From: an uncultured Solibacteraceae bacterium
GTDB lineage: Bacteria; Acidobacteriota; Terriglobia; Bryobacterales; Bryobacteraceae
Direction of reading: 5' to 3'
NCBI GenBank assembly: GCA_964529305.1
Contig: CAZGUX010000128.1
Location: 17,347 to 81,346, forward strand
DNA length: 64,000 nucleotides
The notes under the pieces are model-generated. The model was not told where the DNA came from. It did not search any database and saw nothing but the letters and a program-made list of their open reading frames with translations. Shown here piece by piece: positions 27,108 through 35,864 of this stretch. The translations under genes and the position numbers were made by a program. Every line of letters starts with the position of its first letter. Position 1 is the first letter of the stretch.

Positions 27108-27941
27108 ATGAGCGCGCATACGACGCAAACCCAGCTCAAACTGGTTGGCAAACTGATTATCGAAGGGGAACTGCACTGCGAGACCGGCCTGCATGTCGGC
27201 GCGGGCAAGGGCTCTCTGGAGATCGGGGGGTCGGACAATCCCGTCATCAAGGACGCCTTTGGGCGGCCCTACGTCCCCGGCAGTTCGCTGCGAGGGAAAC
27301 TCCGGAGCCTGATCGAGCACGCTCACGGCCTCACCTCCCCCGCCGATCTGGTGTACCTTTCCAAGCGCAAGGGCCAGGAGGTGCGCATCCACCAGAGCGA
27401 CAAGCCCGACGACGAAGTGTGCATCCTGTTCGGCCGCAATCCGGGCCGTATGGAGCGAGTCTCCGGCGATCCGGTAGAATCCAGCGCGGCCACGCCGGCG
27501 CGGCTGGCGGTGTATGACGCGCCGCTCGACCCCGACAGCATCACGCCCCAGATGCGCGAGAACCTGGACGACGAGTTGACCGAGGTGAAGAGCGAAAACG
27601 CGATCGACCGGATCACGTCGCAGGCCAATCCGCGCACTTTGGAGCGCGTGCCGGCCGGGGCGCGGTTCATCGTGCGCATGGTGTTGGACGTCCTGTGCGA
27701 GGAGGACGCGCCGCTGGTGGCGCGGGTGCTGGAAGGCATGCGCCTGCTCGAGGACGACGCGCTGGGCGGAGGCGGGTCTCGCGGCAGCGGCCGCGTCCGT
27801 TTCGCCAACCTGCGCGTGGTCTGGCGCGGCCGAGGCTACTACGCGGGAGAAGGCCAGGACAAAGAACTGATTGCAGGCGCCGACGTGGCAGCGGTCCAGG
27901 CGCTGTTCCGCGACGCCGGCCCCTCGTACATCCAGGAATGA
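27108..27941 (+). CDS. csm3: Csm3 (Cas7-family RAMP backbone subunit and target RNase).
   Basis: RAMP G-rich loop and Csm3 N-terminal signature (GLHVGAGKGSLEIGGSDNPVIKDAFGRPYVPGSSLRGKLRSLIE), including the catalytic Asp position (DNPVIKD). Confidence 0.9.
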   Translation: MSAHTTQTQLKLVGKLIIEGELHCETGLHVGAGKGSLEIGGSDNPVIKDAFGRPYVPGSSLRGKLRSLIEHAHGLTSPADLVYLSKRKGQEVRIHQSDKPDDEVCILFGRNPGRMERVSGDPVESSAATPARLAVYDAPLDPDSITPQMRENLDDELTEVKSENAIDRITSQANPRTLERVPAGARFIVRMVLDVLCEEDAPLVARVLEGMRLLEDDALGGGGSRGSGRVRFANLRVVWRGRGYYAGEGQDKELIAGADVAAVQALFRDAGPSYIQE

Positions 27942-28975
27942 CCCCAGCCGCTGTCGTCAAATTCCGCCCGACCACGCCGTGGCGCCTCGGCGACGATTCC
28001 GGCCTGCGCGACCGCGTGCAGTTGTTCTATCGCAGCGATGCGCTGTACTCCGCGGTCACGCATGCCATGAGCGCGTTCGGGAGGCTCGACGACTGGCTGG
28101 CCGCCACCGCCCGGGCTTCCGTTCCCGAGGTAGCGTTCAGTTCCGTGTTTCCCATGCAGGGCGACCTGGTGTTCGTGCCCCCGCCCCGCACCATCTGGCC
28201 TCCGGCTCTTTCTCCCAAGGTGCGATGGAAAGGGGCTAGTTTCGTTCCTCTCGACGTCATCGACGCGTTGTTGTCCGGGGACTCCCTCGACGAGACCGTG
28301 TGGGCGGTCGACGGCGCCAGCGAGTGCCTGATTCCGGTGGGCCGCTACGGCCCGTTTCGCATCGCCAATCGCACCGCGGCGGCGGTGGACCGGTTGACCG
28401 GGGCGCTGGACGCCCACCGCGCCGCCTGCCTGGAGTTCGCGGCCGGCGCCGGTATGTGGTGCGTGGTCTCCTTTGCGTCCGAAGAGTCGAGCGCGCGTTG
28501 GCTGGGCCCCGTGCAAACAGCTTTCCGCTACCTGGCCGACACCGGATTGGGCGGAGAGCGTTCCCGCGGTTGGGGACGCTTCGACAACCTGGAGTTCCTG
28601 GAGGGCGACTTGTCCGCTCTCCTTCTGCCTCGCTCCACCCAGGCCTCCGAACCGGCGGCGCCTTCCGTGGAACGCCTGTTTTGGCTGTTATCGTTGTTTG
28701 TTCCCTCGGCCGGCGACGTAGTGCGTTGGGACGGCGGCAGCTATCAGGTGGTGGCGCGGGCGGGGCGTGTCGATTCCGCGGTGTCGTCGGGTGGCCTCAA
28801 GAAATTGCAGAACATGGTGACCGAGGGCTCGGTGCTGGCGGCGGGCGCGCCGTTGATCGGCAGCGCGCCCAACGTCGCTCCGGATGACTTCCCTCATCCC
28901 GTCTATCGCTGCGGCTTTGCGGTGGCCGTGCCGCTTCCGGCCCCGCCTGCTGCCGCTCCCCAGGTGGTGTCATGA
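27938..28975 (+). CDS. csm4: Csm4 (Cas5-family RAMP).
   Basis: Its internal ATG overlaps the csm3 stop (ATGA). The RAMP glycine-rich loop GLGGERSRGWGRF is present. The gene sits in the csm4 position of the operon. Confidence 0.8.
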   Translation: MTPAAVVKFRPTTPWRLGDDSGLRDRVQLFYRSDALYSAVTHAMSAFGRLDDWLAATARASVPEVAFSSVFPMQGDLVFVPPPRTIWPPALSPKVRWKGASFVPLDVIDALLSGDSLDETVWAVDGASECLIPVGRYGPFRIANRTAAAVDRLTGALDAHRAACLEFAAGAGMWCVVSFASEESSARWLGPVQTAFRYLADTGLGGERSRGWGRFDNLEFLEGDLSALLLPRSTQASEPAAPSVERLFWLLSLFVPSAGDVVRWDGGSYQVVARAGRVDSAVSSGGLKKLQNMVTEGSVLAAGAPLIGSAPNVAPDDFPHPVYRCGFAVAVPLPAPPAAAPQVVS

Positions 28976-30075
28976 GATACCGGGTCACCGCGCTCACTCC
29001 TCTGCTGGTGGGTGACGGCCACCGCCTGTCGCCTATCGACTACATGGTGTGGAAGGATCACGTCAACGTCCTGGACCAGACCCGCATCTTCAAGCTGCTG
29101 GCCAAGGGACCGCGGCTCGAAGGGTATTTGACCCAGCTCAAGAGGGCCGACAAACTCGACTTTGCGTCGTGGGGTGGCTTCGCGCAGAACTTCGCCGACC
29201 GGAGAATCCCATTCGAGCATCCTTCGTGTTCGAAGTATTGGGACCGGGCAACGGGCGAATCGGTCCACATTCCGACCTTTTCGAGCGGCCTTCACGGCCC
29301 GTATCTGCCAGGCAGCGCGCTGAAAGGCGCGCTCCGCACGGGAGTGCTGTACGCCTCGGTCCGGGACGGTTCGCTGAAGCCGGTGCTGGAACGTTTCGAA
29401 GGAGACCGGCCGCCGCGCCATCCGGCTGAAGCGCTGGAAGACGACGTGCTCGGCCGGGCCGGCAACAGCCGCATGCGCTTCGTGCGCACGGGCGACTCCA
29501 AGCCCGTCGACCGGTCGATGATGAAGGTCTATCTGCTGCGGCTTTCGACCGTCGTTTCTCAGAAGGGCCCCGCCTGGACTCTTGGATGGAAACAAAGCCC
29601 ACGCGGCGCCGTCGACTCCCGCCGCGTGGAGGACTCCACGCCGTGGTTCGCGGAGATGGCCGCGCCGGGTTCCACGTTCGAGGGCGACTGGCAGGAACGC
29701 TCGTCCAATTCCCGCGCCAAGATTTTCCAAGGCGTCAACCAGTACGCGGCCGCGGTCCTGGCGATGCACCGGCAGTACGGGGAAGCCACCGGACTGACCG
29801 CGGTGGCAGAGGCGGCGGGCCGCCTGGCCGAACGAGTCGCGGGCCTTCCCTCGGAACAGGCGTGCCTGCTTCCCCTCGGATGGGGCGGCGGCCTCTTCAG
29901 CAAGACCGCCTGGGTGGAGAAGGACTCCGCGGACTACCGGGCGATTCTCGGCAAGCTCCCGTTCTACTCGCGGGCGGTCTCCTCGGGACTCCCGTTCCCC
30001 AAAACCCGCCGCATCGTTTTTGAGGGAGACCGGCCCTCCACCATCCCGGGCTGGGTTCTGTTGGAAGTCGCCTGA
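28972..30075 (+). CDS. csm5: Csm5 (Cas7-family RAMP).
   Basis: It overlaps the csm4 stop. The RAMP motif YLPGSALKGALRTGVLY and the G-rich segment LGWGGGLFSKT are present. It is the last gene of the Csm module. Confidence 0.8.
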   Translation: MRYRVTALTPLLVGDGHRLSPIDYMVWKDHVNVLDQTRIFKLLAKGPRLEGYLTQLKRADKLDFASWGGFAQNFADRRIPFEHPSCSKYWDRATGESVHIPTFSSGLHGPYLPGSALKGALRTGVLYASVRDGSLKPVLERFEGDRPPRHPAEALEDDVLGRAGNSRMRFVRTGDSKPVDRSMMKVYLLRLSTVVSQKGPAWTLGWKQSPRGAVDSRRVEDSTPWFAEMAAPGSTFEGDWQERSSNSRAKIFQGVNQYAAAVLAMHRQYGEATGLTAVAEAAGRLAERVAGLPSEQACLLPLGWGGGLFSKTAWVEKDSADYRAILGKLPFYSRAVSSGLPFPKTRRIVFEGDRPSTIPGWVLLEVA

Positions 30076-30108
30076 CGGCGGCCGGGCAGGCTGGGCGACC
30101 AGGCCACG

Positions 30109-31320
30109 ATGAGCACCGAGCGGCAGCACACTGCGTCAGTCCTGATTGTCGACGACGACTTTCTCGCCCTCGAGTCGCTGCGGGTCCTGTTCACCCTGGA
30201 AACCGACTACAAGCTGACCTGTGTCAATCACCCCGATCGGGCCCTGGAAGAGTTCGCCCGGCAGCCTCTCGATGTGGTCATCTCCGACTACCTGATGCCG
30301 CAGATGAACGGGTTGGAACTGCTGAGGGAACTCCGCCGCCTGCAGCCCGAATCCACGCGCATTCTGCTGACCGGCTTCGCCGATAAGGAGAATGTCATCC
30401 GGGCGGTAAATGAAGTCGGCCTGTACCAATATCTGGAGAAACCCTGGGACAACGACGCGCTGCTGCTGTCGGTGCGAAACGCCATTCGCGAACGCAGCCT
30501 TCGAGTTCAGGTTGCCGGCAAGGTCCGGGAACTGGACGACCTGCTGCGGGAGCACAAGCAACTCTCCCAGCGGCACAGCGACCTCGAGCGGGAGATTGAA
30601 ATGGCCTCCCGTGTCCAGCGGAGCCTTCTTCCGTCCCACCCTTTGACGATTCCGGGGATTCGGGTGGAAACGGTGTACCGTCCCTGCCGCTCCCTGGGCG
30701 GGGATTTCTTCGACTTCACGCAGGACGGAGCGCGCGCCGGGATCCTGGTGGCTGACGTCAGCGGCCACGGGGCGCAGGCGGCGCTCACCAGCATGCTGCT
30801 GAAGGCCGGGTTTCACGAGGCATTTGCACGGACGGATGCGCCGGACGAGATCCTGGCCCGGATGAACGAGATGCTGCACCGGTTCCTGCCCTCGGCGATG
30901 TACGTCGCCGCCACGGTGCTGTTGTTCGATTCCCCGCTTCGGATTCGCGCCGCCAACGGCGGGCTGCCCTACCCGTTTGTCGTGCGGAAGTCGAAGGGCC
31001 GTGTTGATCAGGCGCCGCTACAGGGGTTTCCGCTCGGGCTGTTCCCCGACGCCGGACCTCAGCCCTGGGACGTTCACTCCATCGCGCTTGACGTGAACGA
31101 TGTCTTGCTGATCGCCTCCGACGGGTTGGGGGAAATTCGCAACGCGGCCGGCGAGTATTTCCAGGATGGGCCCCTGATCACCCGTCTCGCCGAGTGGACG
31201 GCGGCCCCGGACGCGGACCTTCTGGAGACGCTGCTGACCCACGCGTTGGGATTCGCCGGCGAGCAGGCTCCGGCGGACGACATTACGCTGGTGGCGATCG
31301 GCCACTCCGAAGACGACTGA
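30109..31320 (+). CDS. Response regulator with a receiver domain fused to a PP2C-type (SpoIIE/RsbU-like) serine phosphatase.
   Basis: N-terminal REC domain (VLIVDDDFLAL..DVVISDYLMPQMNGLEL..ILLTGFAD). C-terminal PP2C/SpoIIE domain (GGDFFDF..ADVSGHGAQAAL..LLIASDGLGE..DDITLVAI). It starts 33 nt after the csm5 stop. Confidence 0.85.
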   Translation: MSTERQHTASVLIVDDDFLALESLRVLFTLETDYKLTCVNHPDRALEEFARQPLDVVISDYLMPQMNGLELLRELRRLQPESTRILLTGFADKENVIRAVNEVGLYQYLEKPWDNDALLLSVRNAIRERSLRVQVAGKVRELDDLLREHKQLSQRHSDLEREIEMASRVQRSLLPSHPLTIPGIRVETVYRPCRSLGGDFFDFTQDGARAGILVADVSGHGAQAALTSMLLKAGFHEAFARTDAPDEILARMNEMLHRFLPSAMYVAATVLLFDSPLRIRAANGGLPYPFVVRKSKGRVDQAPLQGFPLGLFPDAGPQPWDVHSIALDVNDVLLIASDGLGEIRNAAGEYFQDGPLITRLAEWTAAPDADLLETLLTHALGFAGEQAPADDITLVAIGHSEDD

Positions 31321-31441
31321 GAATGCCGCATCCGGAAGTCCGCGCGAAATGAGCTACTGCGCCGTGACCGGGAAGAGACGGCGATGGGAAGAGAGCCGGC
31401 CCACCCCCCGCCGGAGGCATCCCACCCTCTTCCCCATCACC

Positions 31442-32560
31442 TCACTCCGCACGCAACGTCACCGTGCGCTCGAGCAGCGCGTTCAGGCCGCCGACGACTG
31501 TGATCTTCTCGACCTTGCCGGCGATCTTCTCCAACGCCTCGAGTTCCTTCAGCCGCACCAGCAGAGGGTTGTCCTCCATCAGCTTGGCGGTGTTCAGCAG
31601 CGACCGCGTGGCGGCGGTCTCCTCACGACGGCGGATCAGGTTGGCCTGCGCCTGCTTCTCGGCCGTGACCACCTGGTTGAGAATGTCGCGAATGTCTCCG
31701 GGCAGGATAATGTCCTTGAGAGCGATCACGCTCACGCGAACACCATAGGTCTCCATCTCCCGGCGCACCTCGGCCGACACCGCTTCGTCGATGTCGGTCT
31801 TCTCCGCGAGCACTTGTTCCAGCGTGCGCTTTCCGAGCGACTGCCGCACGGCGATCTGCAGCGCACGGTACAGGTATTCGCCAACGTCCTTCACGCCGGC
31901 GCGGGCGTTGGTGACGTTGACGATCTCGTACACTGCCGAGATGTTCACTCGCACGGTGACCTTGTCGCTCGTCAGGATTTCCTGACCGGTCACCTCGACG
32001 GTCTGGCGGCGCACTTCGAGCACCTCGATGCGAGGCGTCGAGACCGCGTTCCAGAACCCGTAGTTGCCGGGCCCCAGCTCGCGGATCAGACGTCCATCGA
32101 GATACACGAGTCCGCGTTTGCCTTCGTCGACCGCGGCAAACGTCGCAGCCGACTCACGCCCCAGGCGTGCCAGGGCCGGCAGCATGCCGGCCGGCGCCTC
32201 AGGATTGGCGCGCGCGTCGATCCGCTCGAACGTCACCTGGACCGGCCCCTTCCAGAACAGCACGCGGCTGGAAGGACCAATCACTCGCGCGAGCCGGCCA
32301 TCCAGAAAGACTACGGCCACCTGGGCGTCGGACGTCTCCACTACCGTGAAGTAGCGCGCGGCGGTCTCCGGCAGGGAGTTGGCGATGTAGTCGGCCCACT
32401 CGCCGGAGTACACGAGATCGCGGACATTGTGGCGTTCCAGTTGAATTCCCCGGCCGAGCGTGAACATCCAGCGCTCTCCGGGTTCCAGGATTTCCGCGAA
32501 GCGGCGCTTGCGGATCACCATGATTCGTTCGTTGTCGCCGATGAGAATACGGCGCAGCAT
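31442..32560 (-). CDS. SPFH/band-7 (slipin/flotillin-like) domain protein with an extended N-terminal beta-rich region.
   Basis: The C-terminal half has the SPFH signature (VRVNISAVYEIVNVTNA..LGKRTLEQVLAEKTDIDEAV..YGVRVSVIALKDIILPGDIRD..AEKQAQANLIRRREETAA) and a coiled-coil tail. Confidence 0.75.
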   Translation of the reverse strand: MLRRILIGDNERIMVIRKRRFAEILEPGERWMFTLGRGIQLERHNVRDLVYSGEWADYIANSLPETAARYFTVVETSDAQVAVVFLDGRLARVIGPSSRVLFWKGPVQVTFERIDARANPEAPAGMLPALARLGRESAATFAAVDEGKRGLVYLDGRLIRELGPGNYGFWNAVSTPRIEVLEVRRQTVEVTGQEILTSDKVTVRVNISAVYEIVNVTNARAGVKDVGEYLYRALQIAVRQSLGKRTLEQVLAEKTDIDEAVSAEVRREMETYGVRVSVIALKDIILPGDIRDILNQVVTAEKQAQANLIRRREETAATRSLLNTAKLMEDNPLLVRLKELEALEKIAGKVEKITVVGGLNALLERTVTLRAE

Positions 32561-32815
32561 AGGCGTTTACCTCCGTGTCTTCGTTGGAAAAAAAGCAGAG
32601 ATCACCAGGCCAGGCCCCGCGGCCACGCCAGCGGGCCTACCCTAAAGCGGGTCCGTCCGTGTCATGCCGCGGCACGAAACGCGAGACGCATTTTCAGGGA
32701 AGACGCAGAGCGGCGAAACCGCTGCCGGGACGCTCGAGAAAGATCGAAATCTATCTCACGCGCACAGCAGGAGCCCAGCCTGGATCACTCTTGGTTGCGT
32801 GCTGTTTCAACAGCA

Positions 32816-32887
32816 TGCGGATAGCGGGAGTCGAACCCGCGGCCGACAGCTTTGAGGCTGTTGCTCTATCCACTGAGCTATATCCAG
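32816..32887 (-). tRNA. Atypical tRNA with canonical D- and T-arms but a 6-nt anticodon loop (CUCAAA). It resembles tRNA-Trp(CCA) missing one C, and may be a pseudo-tRNA or a sequencing indel.
   Basis: Reverse complement reads CTGGATA-TA-GCTC-AGTGGATA-GAGC-A-ACAGC-CTCAAA-GCTGT-CGGCC-GCGGG-TTCGACT-CCCGC-TATCCGC-A. The D-arm and T-arm (GGTTCGACTCC) are textbook and the acceptor stem pairs except 1:72. The anticodon loop has 6 nt, not 7, and CCA is not encoded. Coordinates are good to ±2 nt. Confidence 0.55.
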
Positions 32888-33143
32888 GTTGGCGCAGAGG
32901 GATCCAACGTTCGCCGGCACGCGGTACTCCAGCGGAGCCGCGCCAGCGAGGTGGTTTGAACCTCGACTATAGGCGAACATCGGTCATTACCTCCAGCTTG
33001 ATGAGTATAAACCACAGTATCGTGGTGGTCAATAGAAAACTTGGAGAAAACTTGGAGATTTCTGGCAACCGGGCCGGACAATCGTTCGATGCGCCGACGG
33101 CATCATGTTCTAGTAGATTAGAGTCTAAGGACTCAAAACTCTC

Positions 33144-34013
33144 ATGGCATTCTGCACCAACTGCGGTACGCAAATTGGGGAACAGTCTCGATTCTGCCCA
33201 GGTTGTGGCGCGCCTGGCGGCGGCGTGGCAAACGTATCGACCTCAATCGCCCAATCGCTTTCCGCCGAACCTCTCGACTACTCGGTCGAGGGCGACAACC
33301 TCCAAGTGATCCGAATCCGCCTCAAACCCGGTCAGGAGATCTTCGCCGAGGCCGGCAAGATGGTCTACAAGACGGCCAATGTCCAGTGGGAGACCCGGAT
33401 GACCGGAGCCAGCATTGGGCAAAAGCTGTGGGGAGCGCTCAAGCGATCGTTCACTGGTGAGTCGCTGTTTCTGACGTATTTCAAGGCGGCGACGCCGGGC
33501 GAAGTAGGCTTCGCGGGCGATTATCCCGGCAGGGTCCAGGTTTTTGACTTGGCCCCAGGGCAAACCATTTTCGCTCAGCGAGATGCGTTTGTCGTGGCGC
33601 AGAACACGGTTCAACTCAGCGTGGCGCTCGTCAAGAAGTTAGGTGCGGGATTTTTCGGCGGTGAGGGATTTGTCCTCGAAAAACTCACCGGCCCAGGCGC
33701 GGCATTCATCCACGGAGGCGGCGACTTTCTCACCTTCGACCTGAAAAGTGGGGAGGTACTCCAGGTCGACACTGGGTGTATCGTGGCCTTTGATGAAACC
33801 GTGAGCTACGACATCCAGTTTGTGGGCGGAATCAAGACGGCGATCTTTGGCGGCGAAGGTTTGTTCCTGGCGACCATGACGGGACCGGGCCGGGTTATCG
33901 TCCAGAGCATGACGCTCGAAAAGCTTCGACGGGAGTTGTCGGTTGGGCGCTCCGGCGGGGACGAGCGGAGTGGCCTCCAGGCGCTCGGAGGGCTGCTGGG
34001 AAGCGAAGATTAA
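33144..34013 (+). CDS. Zinc-ribbon protein fused to an AIM24/TIGR00266-family (DUF124) domain.
   Basis: N-terminal CTNCG..CPGCG zinc ribbon. The remainder matches the AIM24-family pattern (repeated G-rich beta strands: GESLFLTYF.., GFFGGEGFVLEKLTGPG.., IFGGEGLFLATMTGPGRVIVQS). Confidence 0.6.
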   Translation: MAFCTNCGTQIGEQSRFCPGCGAPGGGVANVSTSIAQSLSAEPLDYSVEGDNLQVIRIRLKPGQEIFAEAGKMVYKTANVQWETRMTGASIGQKLWGALKRSFTGESLFLTYFKAATPGEVGFAGDYPGRVQVFDLAPGQTIFAQRDAFVVAQNTVQLSVALVKKLGAGFFGGEGFVLEKLTGPGAAFIHGGGDFLTFDLKSGEVLQVDTGCIVAFDETVSYDIQFVGGIKTAIFGGEGLFLATMTGPGRVIVQSMTLEKLRRELSVGRSGGDERSGLQALGGLLGSED

Positions 34014-34143
34014 GCAAACAAAGGACAAAGAGACCAAGTGACGCCACGCTTTTAGGGAACCAGTCGGCGGCGGGGTACGTCCGTGTAAGGCGCAGCCTTG
34101 ACGCTATTGAAATAAGGGCCCTACAATTAGTAGTGTCCAGAAA

Positions 34144-35835
34144 GTGCCGGCTATGACCACCCTACGGTTTTGGATTCCGTGCCTGACGTTTAGCCTCCTG
34201 CCGCTTGCCTACCCCGTTCTTGGACAGAAGCAGAACAAGTCGTCCGAGGCCGCGCCTCCTCGCGAGACCGTAGCCCGGCCGATGTCCGAGAAGGAACGGC
34301 GGAAGCGCGAGGAGAAACTACGCAAGGAGTTGGAGACCCCGTTCCGCAAATGGCTGAACGAGGATGTCACCTACATCATTACGGATGAGGAACGCCAGGC
34401 GTGGAAGCGGCTGGCGACCGATGAAGAGCGCGAGCAGTTCATCGAACAGTTCTGGCTGCGCCGCGACCCGACCCCGGACTCGGTCGAGAACGAGTACAAA
34501 GAGGAGCATTACCGCCGCATCGCGTACGCCAACGAGCGGTACGCTTCGGGCATTCCCGGGTGGAAAGCGGATCGCGGCCGGATCTACATCACGTTCGGCC
34601 CGCCCGACGAGATTGAGTCGCATCCTTCGGGCGGAACCTACGAGCGTCCGTTTGAAGAAGGCGGCGGTACCACGTCCACCTTCCCGTTCGAGAAGTGGCG
34701 CTACCGGTGGATCGAAGGAATCGGATCGGACATCAACATCGAGTTCGTCGACCCGACGATGACCGGCGAATACCGGATGACGATGGACCCATCGGAGAAG
34801 GATGCCCTGCTGATGGTTCCCAACGCCGGCCTCACCCTGTCGGAGCAGATGGGCCTGTCCTCGAAAACCGACCGCTTCACCCGCACCGATGGCACCCGGT
34901 TGGGGAATCCGATCGGCGGCCAGCCAATGCGCATGAACCAGTTCGAGCGGCTACAGCAGTTCGCGTTGCTGCAGAAACCACCCCAGGTGAAGTTCAAGGA
35001 CCTCGAAGCGCAGGTCAACTCCACGATCAAGTTCAATATTCTGCCCGTTCAGGTGCGCGCCGACTTCTTCCCGGTGACCGAGTCGTCGGTCTTGACGAAC
35101 GTTACGATTCAGTTGGAAAACAAAGACCTGCAATTCCAGTCGAAGGAAGGGGTCCAAAAGGCGGTTGTCAACATGTACGCCCGGGTCAGTTCGATGGCCC
35201 GGAGAGTGGTGACGTATTTCGAGGATACGGTGACGGTGGATGCACCGGAATCGATGCTGGCCCAGGTCAGCAAGAAGCAGTCGATTTACCAGAAATCCAT
35301 TCCGCTCGCCCCGGGAACCTACCGCCTCAATGTCGTGGTAAAGGACTTGGTCGGCGGCAACATGAACAACTACGAGTTGGCGTTGCACGTGCCTCGAATC
35401 GATCCCGACAAGTTGATGGGCAGTTCGGTGGTGCTGGCCGACCTGATCGAAAAGGTTCCGACGCGCAGCATCGGGACCGGACAGTTCGTGATCGGAACCA
35501 CCAAGGTCCGGCCGCGGGTGACCGAGTCGTTCAACCAGAACGAGAAGATGGGCATCTATTACAAGGTCTACAACCTGATGCCGGACGAGAAGACCAAGAA
35601 GCCGAACGGCAGCATCGAATACGAAGTGATGCGCAACGGCTCGAACGAGAAGATCTTCGAGTTTACCGAAGAGATTGCCTCGATCCCGAATGTCTCGACG
35701 CAGCAGGTGACAGTGGAGAAGTTGCTGCCGCTCGCCTCGTTGCAGCCGGGCCAGTACACATTGAAGATGAAGGTGACCGACCGGGTGTCGAACCAGACCT
35801 TGACTCCCTCGGCCATGTTTACGGTGAAGCCTTAA
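34144..35835 (+). CDS. Secreted GWxTD-domain protein.
   Basis: Signal peptide, charged coiled region, and the family-defining motif GWKADRGRIYITFGPPDE (GWxTD). This domain family is, as far as I recall, characteristic of Acidobacteriota. Confidence 0.7.
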   Translation: MPAMTTLRFWIPCLTFSLLPLAYPVLGQKQNKSSEAAPPRETVARPMSEKERRKREEKLRKELETPFRKWLNEDVTYIITDEERQAWKRLATDEEREQFIEQFWLRRDPTPDSVENEYKEEHYRRIAYANERYASGIPGWKADRGRIYITFGPPDEIESHPSGGTYERPFEEGGGTTSTFPFEKWRYRWIEGIGSDINIEFVDPTMTGEYRMTMDPSEKDALLMVPNAGLTLSEQMGLSSKTDRFTRTDGTRLGNPIGGQPMRMNQFERLQQFALLQKPPQVKFKDLEAQVNSTIKFNILPVQVRADFFPVTESSVLTNVTIQLENKDLQFQSKEGVQKAVVNMYARVSSMARRVVTYFEDTVTVDAPESMLAQVSKKQSIYQKSIPLAPGTYRLNVVVKDLVGGNMNNYELALHVPRIDPDKLMGSSVVLADLIEKVPTRSIGTGQFVIGTTKVRPRVTESFNQNEKMGIYYKVYNLMPDEKTKKPNGSIEYEVMRNGSNEKIFEFTEEIASIPNVSTQQVTVEKLLPLASLQPGQYTLKMKVTDRVSNQTLTPSAMFTVKP

Positions 35836-35864
35836 GCTATAGTGGAGTAGTCGAAGATCCGGTC

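Noticed and set aside
10381-32887. Calling the whole 10.4-32.9 kb stretch a bona fide integrated mobile element or prophage.
   Set aside because: No integrase, transposase, phage structural genes or obvious att direct repeats were seen. Housekeeping genes (htrA, MFS) are interspersed. It is kept only as a hypothesis in the tRNA finding.
32895-32960. Second tRNA-like stretch containing GGTTCAAACC just upstream of the atypical tRNA.
   Set aside because: It cannot be folded into a cloverleaf. No D-arm or 7-bp acceptor pairing was found at an appropriate length.
34695-35864. The 995-aa ORF start at 34695 for the CarbopepD_reg outer-membrane gene, and similarly the extended starts 47164-49164 and 59343-61316.
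   Set aside because: These extensions overlap well-supported neighbouring genes (the GWxTD protein and ftsY) and lack coding character. Internal starts placed just before the signal peptides fit better.
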